NCBI GenBank assembly: GCA_038087875.1
Contig: CM075978.1
Coordinates: 190,092,001 to 190,156,000 of the forward strand
Direction of reading: 5' to 3'
Source: Malacoraja senta
Taxonomy: Eukaryota
DNA length: 64,000 nucleotides
Shown here: piece by piece, positions 12,472 through 24,466 of the stretch
Layout: every line of letters begins with the position of its first letter
Numbering within the stretch: position 1 is the first letter of the stretch
Position numbers and translations under genes: made by a program
The notes under the pieces: generated by a model
The model's input: the letters and a program-made list of their open reading frames with translations, nothing else
What the model was told of the DNA's origin: nothing
Database searches by the model: none

Positions 12472-12874
12472 CAAAGATCCCATAGCAAGCAAGATAGATC
12501 ACTCGACGAAAAAGACAAAGTACGGTCATGGGCAGATTCATGGGTAATTTTCGGCCCCATTTCCGTAACCGACTTCCGTCTCCGCACCAAAGATCCCATA
12601 GCGGAGCAAAGATACTAGTGCGGAGACGGAAGCCGGTTACGGAAACATCCTCGTAAAAATAAAAGTTATTTGGGAAAAATCTTCTCCTCATTTTCAGAAT
12701 TATAATTTATTAACACAAACTGTTCCCCCGCAACGCTGATTACACTGCGAGTCAGGTCGGTCGGGTTACTGAAATGGATGAAAAAAAGGCCCACGTTCCG
12801 CTCCGTTGCGTACTACACGTCAGCCCATCGCATTTAGAAGGAGTGGTCTATCTTGCTCCGCTATAGGATCTTTG
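12472..12874. mobile_element. Non-autonomous DNA transposon (MITE), P-like or hAT-like
   Basis: ~33-bp imperfect TIRs CAAAGATCCYATAGC..AGCAAGATAGAYCACTC (12472-12504; 12841-12874). Degenerate 8-bp TSD ATGTAGGC/ATATAGGT. Superfamily assignment is inference. Confidence 0.75.
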
Positions 12875-13837
12875 ATATAGGTGATGATGTAGAGAGATAA
12901 AGAACAATGAATGAAAGATATGCAAAAAGGTAACGATGATTATCGAAATAGGCCATTGTTAGCTGTTTGATAGGTGAAAACTAGAAGTTAGTGTGACTTG
13001 GATGGGGGAGGGATAGAGAGAGAGGGAATGCCGGGACTAACTGAAGTTAGAGAGATCATAACTCATACCACTGGAATGTAAGCTGCCCAAGCAAAATATC
13101 AGAGGCTGTTCGTCCAATTTGCGTTTAGCCTCACTCTGACAATGGAGGAGGCCTAGGACAGAAAGGTCTGTGTGGGAATGGGAAGGTGCATTGAAGTGTT
13201 TAGCAACCGGGAGATCAGATAGGTTCAGGCGGACTGAACGAAGGTGTTCAGCGAAAAGTTTGCCCAGTCTACGTTTGGTCTCGCCGATGTCAATATGTAA
13301 ATGAAAAATCAGGAGGAAGCAATGGCCAACTTTTCTTGCTTCCACCTCAGAAGAGAACCATGAATAAATCTGCAAGGTTCGTTTGCTTCACTTCACAGTG
13401 TGTTGTTCAACCTAGCAATGTCCAAATTGTCAGAGCCTATTATATTAATGTGCGTATTTTATAACATGGATGACTTTCTTGTGTTTTAAATGAATTGTTT
13501 TCCACATCACTTGATGGTTTGATTTAAATGGTAATTTACTCCATTATAATGGAAAATAGGAAGTTTACTTATAAATTTGATTTTTTTTAATACTGGATCA
13601 TCAACTACTGGATTTAACCTCACCCCCTCCCCTCCTATTCTCATCCACCCAGGATCTTTCATGCAAACCTTTCTTTCCATTATCTCCCTCTCCCCCAACC
13701 CCACACCTCCTACAACCCTCTCCCCTCCCTGTCATCCAGTTCTTTTCCTCTAATTCTGCCCCTTGGTCTCCCTGCATGGAGATTGGGATAGGAGGGGATG
13801 GCCACTCTTGAACCCCATGAAACCCCCTTGAACCCCA

Positions 13838-14291
13838 TGCAGAGAGTCGTGGACGCAGCCCGGACCATCACACAAACCACCCTCCCTTCCATTGGCTCCA
13901 CTTACACCCCACGCTGCCTCGGCAAGGCCGGCAACATAATCAAGGACCAGCCTCACCCCCTGGTCGCTCCCACTTCACCCCTCTCCCATCAGGCAAGAGG
14001 TACAGAAGTGTGGAAACGCACACCTCCAGTTTCAGGGACAGTTTCTTCCCAGCTGTTATCAGGCAACTGAACCATCCTACCACCAACTAGAGAGCGGTCC
14101 TGAGCTTCTATCTACCTCTGACTGTCTGTAAGCAGACTTTACTGGACTTTATCCTGCAGTAAACATGATTATCCTGTATGTAGTTTGCATGTAGTTCAGT
14201 AAAAATCATGCATAACCTTTCCGCTGACTGGTTAGCGTGCAGCAAAAGCTTTCCACTGTACACGTGACAATAAACTAAACTACACTAAACC
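13838..14291 (+). mobile_element. Rex1/Babar-type LINE 3' end
   Basis: QRVVDAARTITQTTLPSI...RCLGKAGNIIKD; same UTR. Confidence 0.82.
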
Positions 14292-14519
14292 AATCTTACA
14301 GGAGGTGCAAGCATGTGGATATAAAATAAAGGCTACGTATTTTGCCAGCCCTCACATTCAACGAACCAACATGAACAGCAATCATCTGGGCATGGTACTG
14401 ATGGGTTTTAGAGGACCATGGAAAAACAGCCCTGCATGCAGTCAAGAGTCAAGAGCCAAGACTGTTTAATTATCGTATGTACTGAAAATGAAAGTCTTAT
14501 TTGCAGCAACAGTACGGGT

Positions 14520-15235
14520 GTCAGAGGTTATGGAGAGAAGGCAGGAGAATAGGGTTAGGGGGTAGAGATAGATCAGCCATGATTGAATGGTGGAGTCGAC
14601 TTGATGGGCCGAATGGCCTAATTTTACTCCTGTTCCTTATGATCTTATGAACATAAAAGGTTTGTAATCTCAGATAACACAAAATAACAAAAAAAAGCTC
14701 CGGTTTTTTTGGAAGGAAAAATAGGATAATAATAGATTGATTATTCATGAGTGTATGGAACGAGCTGCCGGAGGAAGTAGTTGAGACTGGTACCATCGGA
14801 ATGTTTAAGAAACATTTAGACAGGTACGTGGATAGGATAGGTTTAGAGGGATATGGGCCAAACGCAGGCAGGCGGAACTAGGGGCTGGCCATTTAGGACA
14901 GAGATGAAGAAAAACGTCTTCATCCAGAGAGTTGTGAATCTGTGGAATTCTCTGCCACAGAAGGCAGTGGAGGCCAATTCACTGGATGTTTTCAAGAGAG
15001 AGTCAGATTTAGCTCTTGGGGCTAAAGGGATATGGGAAAAATCAGGAACGGGGTACTGATTTTAGATGATCAGCCGTGATCCTATTGAATGGCGGTGCTG
15101 GCTCGAAAGGGCCGAATGGCCTGCACCTATTTTTCTATGTTTCTATGTTTCTAGTGTAGATGGGATATGTTGGTCAGTGTGGGCAAGTTGGGCCGAAGGG
15201 CCTGTTTCCACGCTGTATGACTCCTATGACTCTAT
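14520..15235 (+). mobile_element. Cluster of nested CR1 LINE 3' fragments
   Basis: WNELPEEVV-type and WNSLPQKAVEA-type ends with their tails. Confidence 0.8.
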
Positions 15236-15936
15236 AATAACTAGCAGTGTAGATGGTCACAGTTGTGAAGGACAAAGATGACTTTGGAGGATAAACCTTT
15301 GAACCTATACCAGTATTTAGCATCATAGACATCCTTTTTGAGCGTTTAAGTCTCTGACAGGGTAAAATAAGAGCTCTAAAATGTCGATGCGTGGATAGAA
15401 TTTCTAATAATTACTGCACATAGTTTCGACCCAACTAAAAATGAAGACATTATTAAAGAATCTGTTTTTAATTAATTAATGAATTGTGAATTTCAATAAG
15501 AATCTGTAAACTTCTGTGGATTTCATTTTTACCATTTTGATTTTCAGCAATTCCTCACGCTTGGAATGCTTACAGAGATTGATAAACAACGCATGGTTTT
15601 CCACCGACTGATGTAACTCTCTTTGGCTGCACAGTTCCCCGAGTGAAGACTCCTCCTAGTTCATTAATTCCACTCATATTGGTCTTTAACCAAAATATGT
15701 GGGCAAGCAGAACAATTCTAAATCGTGCACTTAGTCCCCGCAAGGATTTTGGACAATCAATGTAATATGACTCATGAATGCTAAGATATAGTGATAAATC
15801 TCACCAGGAAAATATACATAAATTCTGGAGGATTGGCAATGCAATGTGCAATCTGTTTGATGCAACAGAAAATCTAATGGGATATTTAATACTCAGCCTA
15901 CGTGCCTCTGTTCGTTGTGTACTCAAATTCCCATTA

Positions 15937-16780
15937 GGGTGGCACGCTGGCGCAGTGGTACAGTTTTTGCCTTACAGCGCTTACAGCCTCACAGCGCCAG
16001 AGACCCGGGTTTGATCCTGACCATGGGTGCTTGTCTGTACGGAGTTTGTGCGTTCTACCCTTGACCTGCGTGGGTTTTTCTCCGAGATCTTCGGTTTCCT
16101 CCCACACTCCAAAGACGTACAGGTTTGTTGGTTAATTGGCTTGGTGTAAATGTAACAATTGTCAAGTCAAGTCAAGTCAAGTGAGTTTATTGTCATGTGT
16201 CCCTGGTAGCACAATGAAATTCTTGCTTTCCTTGAGCACCACAGAACATAGTAGGCATTTACTACAAGGCATTCTATAAATATATACACAATGGTCAATA
16301 TACTGATAAAGTGCAAATAACAGTATTGGCTAATAAAGTTCAGTGTTATGTCCGAGCCAGGTTTAATAGCCTGATGGCTGTGGGGAAGTAGCTGTTCCTG
16401 AACCTGGTCGTTGCAGTCTTCAGGCTCCTGTACCTTCTACCTGAAGGTAGTAGGGAGATGAGTGTGTGGCCAGGATGGTGTGGGTCCTTGATGATGCTGC
16501 CAGCCTTTTTGAGGCAGCGACTGTGGTAGATCCCCTCGATGGAAGGGAGGTCAGAGCCGATGATGGACTGGGCAGTGTTTACTACTTTTTGTAGTCTTTT
16601 CCTCTCCAGGGCACTCAAGTTGCCGAACCAAGCCACGATGCAACCGGTCAGCATGCTCTCTACTGTGCACCTGTAGAAGTTAGAGAGAGTCCTGTGTAGG
16701 ACAGTGTTAATGTGCAGGGATCACAGGTCGGTGTGGACTCGGTGGGCCAAAGGTATCGTTTCCATGTTGTGTCTCTAAAA
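15937..16780 (+). mobile_element. V-SINE split by a Rex1-type LINE fragment
   Basis: SINE at 15937-16161 and ~16692-16778. Confidence 0.8.
16162..16691 (-). mobile_element. Rex1/Babar-type LINE 3' fragment
   Basis: ORF 16346-16654(-) LTGCIVAWFGN...LQKVVNTAQSIIG...IIKDPHHPGH..LLPSGRRYRS...RFRNSYFP; (TTGAC)n tail. Confidence 0.85.
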
Positions 16781-17065
16781 AAGCATTTGGAGGGATATGG
16801 GCCAAACATGAGCAAATGCTATGAGCTTAGATGTGGCATCTTAGTCAGTATAGATGAGGTGGGCCGAGTGGCCTGTTCCTATCCTCTATTACTCTCTATG
16901 ACACTCTCTCTCTCCATAACTATAACATCAGCTTACTTCATTATCAACATTTTGCATTATCCATATGGAATTAGAAAGCAGAATAGTACATACAACAAAT
17001 ATCTCTTCAGGCTCCTTCCATGAAATTTCCTGTCATGATACCATCAAGTAGCTTGTTAGTAAACA

Positions 17066-17390
17066 GTTTAGTTTATGTTTAGAGTTTAGTTTAGTGATAC
17101 AGCACTGAAACAGGCCATTCGGCCCATCAAGTCCACATCACCCGTTCACACTAGTTGTATGTTATCCCTCTTTCTCATCCACTCCCCACTCTTCAGGGTC
17201 AATTTACAGCAGCCAATCAGCCTACAAAGCTGCACAACTTTGGGATGTGGGAGGAAAGCGTACTTGGGGGGAGCCCAAGCTGTCACAGAGAGAACGTGCA
17301 ATCTCCACACAGACAGCGCCCAGGGTCAGGATCGAACCGGGGTCTCTGGTGCTGCGAGGCAACAGCTCTACCAACAGCGCCATTGTGTGC
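17066..17390 (-). mobile_element. V-SINE
   Basis: Family consensus, diverged. Confidence 0.78.
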
Positions 17391-19087
17391 GACCATTTTG
17401 GAAATCAAATTGAAGATTTGAATTCGTTGAAAAATAATTTCACGTTAACTATTTAAAATTAAGACAAAATTAATGTCATTGTGATTGTAGTGCATTTGTT
17501 TCTCCAGCAGAAATATTACTATGAAGCTGTTGAATTATATTTCAAATCAAATTTGATGGAAATTTGCCTTAGAGGGGAGAGAAAAGTGCCGGTATGATCT
17601 TTGTCAGATTTAACAGTGCGTTTTCTTGTCTGATGGATATGTCGTTGCTGATCTCATAATAATTTAAAAAATGATGCTTTTATGAATGACCAGTCTCTTT
17701 GCATTTATTCCATCATAAATCTCTTGAGGTTCACGCGTCCTTTATCTTGGATTCTTTGTGCAACTTGCCATATGCCATGAAAATTAAGCAAGTGAAATTC
17801 TGCTCTCAGAAGCAAACCTAAGAATTCACGAAAATGAAATTCATGGCAGTCCCACGATTGTTTCAGCTAACAGACTGCGTATGCTTCTCAGTTTAAGATA
17901 TCATAAGAAGCTGTTTAGCGCATTCTGCGAGGGGATGTCACAGTATTTGTGTGAACAGTGCCAGAGACATGCACAGGCACACTACCTCAACAGCGTAAAA
18001 GTGAATGAATTAGAATATTCCCATTCAGACCAAGCTCCGTACGTGGTAGATCTAGCAACGAGTTTAACAGAATCTCTGTTTCTGCTCCTATAATTAAACA
18101 AACTAAAAAATGCATTTGCATAGGGAAGTCAGAAAAGATGACCCTCGTCTTTAGAAAAGATCTTATGTGGAACATTTGAACAATGATGATAAATAATTCA
18201 GTACACTACTCAAGGAACTGGAGCTGGCAATCACAGAAGGATGGAATTTTTGACTTGTTTCAAGCAGCTTTGCTTGCTAAAGAAACAAAAAGTCTTTGTG
18301 CTTTCAAATGCATGATAGTGCTGGCAACATACTTTACCTTGTTTATGAAGCATAAGAGACTTGCTCTGAGAATGCACTGTATTTTTCTTTGTACACTCAC
18401 GGATTACTGTCAGGCCGCTTTCAAAATGCGATAAGTTTACATTTTATTTATGGTTTTTTTTCACTTAGTCAGAGGTTACTATTAATAATGGATCACGCCT
18501 TTATGCCGCGCTTTGCTGTTTAATACGAAGTAATGTGATTTGCAAAATGTAAAATTCAACAAGATTTGCCGATCGCTTTCAAAAATACCTGAGAGAGAGA
18601 GAGAGAGAGAGAGGCAACAATTCCCAGGACAGATAAAATATTTCATCCCTTATCTGCCATCGTTACTGATTCCCCATGGAGCTCGAGTTGATCCCTCTCT
18701 CTCTTTCCACTGCGCCTCCCCCCTCCGCAGCTCTCTATATTATGTTTGTATAGGCTGATTTTCTGAATATGCATATTGTATTCTTAGATAGCCACTCACC
18801 CACGCCTCACAAGCCTTGGCTTACATACGAGAAAAGTAATCAAAAATGTTATGAATCGCAGGGACAGAAAATGTTTATTGAGTATACAAGAGACGAGGCA
18901 ATCTGCAGTTTGAACCTGACGAAAACTTTGGGAGATGTTTTTTTCCCACAGAATCGCAATTCAAAAATTGTACTTATTCCTTTGATGGTGGATATACAGC
19001 AAATTCATTACCTCGGTCTTATTGTCAAGAGGAAGATTAAATAGATTGCAGCTCAATAAAAACAGTACAATTTCTGTTGGATGTATA

Positions 19088-19443
19088 GTTTAGTTTTAGA
19101 GATACAGCGTGGAAACAGGCCCTTCAGCCCAGCGAGTCCGTGCTGACCAACGATCACCCATACACTAGTTTAGACTTTAGACTTTAGAGATGCAGTGTGG
19201 AAATAGGCCATTCGGCCCACCGAGTCCACACCGACCAGTGATCATCCCGTACACTAGCACTCTCCGACACACTAAGGTCAAATTACAATTTACAGAAGCC
19301 AATTAACCTGCAAACCAGAGAAACCCCACGTGTTCACATGGAGAACCTGCAAACTCCACACAGACAGCATCCGTAGTGAGGATCAAACTCAGGTCTCAGG
19401 AGCTGTAGGGCGATGATTCTACCGCTGCACCACTGTGCCAGCC
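19088..19443 (-). mobile_element. V-SINE with a duplicated tail segment
   Basis: Two tail copies (19088-19168, 19170-) followed by body and head. Confidence 0.78.
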
Positions 19444-20009
19444 CATACAGCACAGACAGTATGAAACTTTAACTGGACCACAAGGGTAAAGAGGAGAGAA
19501 GGGGTGATTTCTGTCCACTTCCTCAGAGCGAGTTATGCAGCAGCATTATTTGGCACCTGCCCATGAGTGCTCAATGTCATGTTGACCAGCATTAGTAGAA
19601 GGGGTCTAAAATCATCCTTCACAACAAAAGTCACACTTTTGCAAAGCAAGTTCTAAAATATTGGAGTATAATATTTGAGATGGATTTTCCAATTATCAAA
19701 AATGGAATGAGCCTATTATCTCTTCATTGCATAATCCTTTCACCCATGCAACCTAATTGTTGCAGTTTTAAATGCCTTTTTATGATCTGATCACGCTATT
19801 GTTAGTAAATGAGTGGTAAATTAATTGATACCTGCAACAGGTTAAGACCGTACCTGGTGGCAGTTGTCAATTTGCTCTTACTTATATTTATAAAATACAT
19901 ATATATGAGGGTACGTGTGTGCCTGTGTCTGTGTCTGTGTCTGTGTCTGTGTGTCTGTGAGTCTGTGTGTTTGTGAGTGTATACTACATTTACATTCACA
20001 TTCACATTA

Positions 20010-20306
20010 GGGGGCGGCATGGTGGCGCAGCGGTAGAGTAGCTACCTTACAGCGCAAGAGTCCCGGGTTCGATCCTGTCTACGGGTGCTGTCTGTACAGA
20101 GTTTGTGTTTCCTCCCTGTGACCATGTGGGTTTTTTCCAGGCGCTCCAGATTTCTCCCACACTCCTAACAATGTGCACATTTGTACATTAATTGGCCGGT
20201 AAAAAATATAAATCGCCCCTAGTGTGTAGGATAGTGTTAGCGCACGGGGTGATCTCTGGTCAGCGCAGACCCGGTGGGCCAAAGGGCCTGTTTCCGCGCT
20301 GTATCC
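20010..20306 (+). mobile_element. V-SINE
   Basis: A/B boxes (ggttcgatcc), V-domain, CR1-type end. Confidence 0.85.
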
Positions 20307-20341
20307 CAGAAGTCGACATGTGTACTTGCATATTAGTTTTA

Positions 20342-20456
20342 GTTTAAGAAAGAACTGCAGATGCTGGAAAAATCGAAGGTAGACAAAAAATGCTGGAGAA
20401 ACTCAGCGGGTGAGGCAGCATCTATGGAGAGAAGGAATTGGCGACGTTTCGGGTCT
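20342..20456 (-). mobile_element. PLE mini-element truncated within hammerhead stem II
   Basis: aagaactgcagatgctgg...gacgtttcgggtc. Confidence 0.8.
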
Positions 20457-21176
20457 GGTTATTGAGGGGTAAGCAGTACCTAAACATCTTATTCTAAATC
20501 ACAGACAGCAGCTGAGGAGTAACAAGTGGGATAATAGAAACAGGAACAAATTGGAAAAATTACTTGAAGTTACTATGCCTACGTTATACAATATCAATGT
20601 AATATATTGTCCTTGCAATTAACAGGGAATAGTATAACTTTAGTAAGATTTTGTGTACATTAAAGTGGCTATTAACAGCATTACACCCTCATCCTGAGCT
20701 AAATTATGGATGTTTAACAGTCTTGTTAAAGTATTATTTTCAGGTGAAATCTGTTCATGATCATTCTTCACCCTTATAAAAATATCTATCGTCTTGTCTA
20801 TTTAGGAAGCCCATAAAAACCTGCAAGAATTCATACATAGAATTTAGGGAAAGAAAAGTCAATTGGACTCTTTAGGATAAATTGATGCCAAACCTGAAAG
20901 AATTCATACGCAGTTTTTAGGGGAATAAAGATCAAGAGGACTCCTTAGGACAAATTGTAAATGTCTAAGATTGATGCCAAATTTTATGAGATTTAATAGG
21001 ATCCCACTTGACAGTCTTGATATCTTATAGGATATTTCCAGGTGAAAACCATATGCCAGGAGCAACTTCATTCAAGGAATAAATTGTTACAGTAGGGACG
21101 TGGAAAGAAAAATTTAAAACCCTGGGCTCAGATTTCTGCGCAAATGAATGAAATAGCAGACGGTTGCATCTGGAAA

Positions 21177-21565
21177 GTTTAGTTTAGTTTAGAGATACAG
21201 CGTGGAAACAGGCCCTTCGGCCCATCGAGTCCACAACGACCAGCGATCCCCGCACATTAATGATTGGGGATGATCAACCATGATCACATTGAATGGCTCG
21301 AAGGGCCGAATGACCTACTCCTGCACCTATTGTCTATTGCTATCCAACACACACTGGGGACAATTTGCGATTATACCAACCCAATTAACCAACAAAGCTG
21401 TACGTCTTTGGGGTGGGGGATGAAACCTTGAGATCCCGGAGAAAGCCCACTTAGGTCACGGGGAGAACGTACAACCTCCGTACAGACAGCACCTGTAGTC
21501 AGGATCGAACCCGGGCCTCCGGTGCTGTAAGGCAGCAACTCTACCGCTGTGCCACCGTGCCGCCC
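21177..21565 (-). mobile_element. V-SINE containing a CR1 tail insertion (~21261-21340)
   Basis: Family consensus interrupted by gatgatcaaccatgatcacattgaatggctcgaagggccgaa. Confidence 0.82.
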
Positions 21566-21901
21566 TAAGCCTTGTGCAAAGCTTTGTGCAAGGAAGATCC
21601 AATCTGTGCAGCACAAGCCTGAATCTTTAGGCCTGGCCCAGCAGGGACCGGCCAGGGCTGACGTTCTTGACAGAAGTCCACCCCCTCTAAAAACATGGTC
21701 GTTCAGTGAGTGGGAGAACAGATAAAAACCAAGCCATAACGGAGCATGCAGTGCTGCGTCCTGCTGAGAGGATTGATTGATCTGTCCCTTCAAACAGCTG
21801 GAGAAGATGTCAAACTGTCAATAACAATATCGTTTGGAAGTTCCCATGATGCACAGACCTGAAGGGAAGAAAGGCTGAAGTACATAGAGACTCACTACAC
21901 A

Positions 21902-22250
21902 ATGGACGTGGAGAGGATGTTACCACTAGTGGGAGAGTCTAGGAACCAGAGATCATAGCCTCAGAATTAAAGGACGTTCCTTCAGGAAGGAGATGAGGAG
22001 GAATTATTTTAGTCACAGGGCGGTGAATCTGTGGAATTCATTGCCCCAGATGGCTGTGGAGGCCAATCAATGAATATCTTTAAGCCAGGGATAGACAGAT
22101 TCATGATTAGTATGGGTTTCAGGGGTTATGGGGAGAAGGCAGGAGAATGGGGTTGAGAGGGAAAGGTAGATCAGCCATGATTGAATGGCGGAGTAGACTT
22201 GCTGGGCCGAATGGCCTAATTCTGCTCCTATCGCTTATGACCTGATGAAC
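21902..22250 (+). mobile_element. CR1 LINE 3' fragment
   Basis: gtggagaggatgt...gaatctgtggaattc...gggccgaatggcctaattctgctcct. Confidence 0.82.
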
Positions 22251-22896
22251 TTTTTCCCTTCGAACAAACAACGCCTGACCAACGCAATCTCACTGTGGTA
22301 AGCAAGCTAATGTTACAACCGTAGATGTGCAACAAAAACTAGCCAAGCCTTTTAATTTAATCAATATTCCATAATGCACAAGTGCTCTCTGGAGAAACTC
22401 GGAAGTTTATTTGAGGTTATGTAAGCCTGAGGAAACCGCTTTGTACCGGCTGCCAGGTGTATCGTAAAATGGCCCTTAGACGTTCACAATGGCAGCCGTG
22501 GCATGCGACACAGAGCTGTGGTGACCCGTGACAGATGGTGGGGATGTTAGGACAAGCAGTGAACATCTGCCTGGTGTAGGAGGACAGGTCACCATGTCAC
22601 CACCACTGCCATTTTGGAGTTCATCCCACCATATAGCGCCTTCCTCTCAACATGCACAAGCAAAAAGGTTTCCAGCAATGGAGAGAACCCTCCAACATAG
22701 CTTCAGAAAGAACCAAACACCTTCTGCTGGTCACCTCCAGCTGTTTTCTTCCACCTGCTGCTGTAATTCTGCAGATAGATGTTCCTTTCCGTCATTGTTG
22801 CAAGGAGCTAAGGTTAGTATTGCTGGTGAATGTAGCAACATCCATCTCTTTGAGGACTGCAGGCTGCTTTATGATCCCAGAACAACGCCTCTGTAA

Positions 22897-23210
22897 TCCA
22901 AAGATCGACACCAAATGCTGGAGTAACTCAGCGGGGCAGGCAGCATCTCTGAAGAGAAGGAATGGGTGACTTTTCAGGACGAGACCCTTCTTCAGACTGA
23001 GAGTCAGGGGAGAGGGAAACGAGAGATATGGAAAGGGTAAGGTGAGAAAACGAGTGAACAAAGGGGACGAGGGTCAAGGAAAATGTGGAATAGATTAGCG
23101 AGGGGAAGGTTGCAACGAGGCATAGAATGTAAAATTTAATCAGGAGGACAGTCAGACTGTTATGCTGTCTGTCCCGCTGAGTTACGCCAGCATTTTATGT
23201 TCTATCTTCA
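22897..23210 (-). mobile_element. PLE tail with short inverted arm
   Basis: Tail, degenerate hammerhead (~22968-22995), purine-rich UTR, then an inverted arm at ~23160-23210. Confidence 0.75.
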
Positions 23211-23299
23211 GAAATCCAAGTGGATTTCCTGGAGCCCTGGATCACCGGAGCACTGTGACTCACTTTAGTCTAAGGTAGGTATTCCAAGAGCAGACTCCC

Positions 23300-23443
23300 C
23301 TTTTCCAAGCTTTCTACTCTGCCCCCCCCCCTCCCTCCCCCATCAGTCTGAAGAAGAGTCTCCACCCGAAACACCACAGTTCTCCTGAGATGCTGCCTGA
23401 CCTGCACTCCAGCACTTTGTGTCCTTTTGTGTATTAACCAGCA
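23300..23443 (+). mobile_element. PLE tail, degenerate hammerhead starting at 23348
   Basis: cagtctgaagaagagtctccacccgaaac...gatgctgcctgacc. Confidence 0.7.
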
Positions 23444-23624
23444 GGTTGATGTAGCCGCAACGTTTTTTATGACAATAAATACAAGCATGTTGCCAGGATT
23501 CCCAATGCCCCAAGTATTTTCAGGTACCAGCTATCACCTACCAGATTCTCTTTGTAGTCTGACCCATCGAACACCGAATGTACACTTGACCTCTGGTGAA
23601 CTGGTGTCAACCTTCTGCTTACTC

Positions 23625-23756
23625 AGTCTGAAGATGGGTTTCGGCCCGAAACGTTGCCTATTTCCTTCGCTCCATAGATGCTGCTGCACCCGCTGAGTTT
23701 CTCCAGCACTTTTGTCTACCTTCGATTTTCAAGCATCTGCAGTTCCTTCTTAAACA
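23625..23756 (+). mobile_element. 132-bp PLE mini-element beginning at the hammerhead (23628-23655)
   Basis: 13-bp perfect TSD CTTCTGCTTACTC (23612-23624, 23757-23769). Confidence 0.9.
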
Positions 23757-23786
23757 CTTCTGCTTACTCTGCTGGAAGCCCTACAG

Positions 23787-24056
23787 GTTTAGTTTTAGTT
23801 TTAGAGATACAGCGCGGAAACAGGCCCTTTGGCCCACTGAGCAATCCCCGCACATTATCCTACACACTGGGGACAATTTACATTTTATACCAAGCCAATT
23901 TGGAGTGTGATGGGAAACCAGAGATCTCGGAGAAAACCCACGTGGTCACGGGGAGAACGTACAAACTCCGTACAGACAGCACCCGTAGTCAGGATCAACC
24001 CCGGATCACTGGTGCTGTAAGGCAGCAACTCCACCAGCTGCGCCACCGTGCCGCCC
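23787..24056 (-). mobile_element. V-SINE with internal deletions
   Basis: Family consensus. Confidence 0.82.
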
Positions 24057-24383
24057 TAATGACTCAATGTTGTTGAGAACTTAATACTTGAAAGGTATAA
24101 AATGGCACCAGAAACATGGCGAATGTTTCTTCTGCCTCAGAAGAAATCTATTATATTTTACACAACAATCATTATGCTCATGTATGATTATGCTTATGTT
24201 TAGTATGATTTTACTGGTGCGTCACTATGTGAAGATCCCTTCTCCATGCTATGCTGTATGAAACAGTCCCTACGTATGAACTTCCCAATTCACACTCAAC
24301 ATGTACAGGGAGGAATCTTCATGAGAAACGATATTTTGCAGAGTTGAGAGCAACAAGGAGGAGTCCAGTCCAACCATCTCTCT

Positions 24384-24436
24384 GGGGTGGGAGATTGCAA
24401 CCTTCACGTGGTCCACCTGTTTCGCCTAATGCAATC
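24384..24436 (+). ncRNA. HDV/CPEB3-like self-cleaving ribozyme at the 5' end of a short retroelement
   Basis: P1 GGGGUGG / J1-2 GA / P2 GAUUGCA / P3 ACC / L3 UUCACGU / P3' GGU / P1' CCACCU / G / short P4 region UUUCGC / J4-2 CUAA / P2' UGCAAUC. L3 is identical to the CPEB3 ribozyme loop. P1' lacks one C in this copy. Confidence 0.75.
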
Positions 24437-24466
24437 AACCTGACGTGCACAAACAAATAGATCAAA

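Larger units (their letters stand above)
12305..13290 (-). mobile_element. Penelope-like element 3' part (GIY-YIG end and tail), interrupted by a MITE
   Basis: ORF 13037-13375(-) contains IGETKRRLGKLFAEHLRSVR...PVAKHFN. The tail carries an intact hammerhead core at 12409-12436. Confidence 0.9.
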
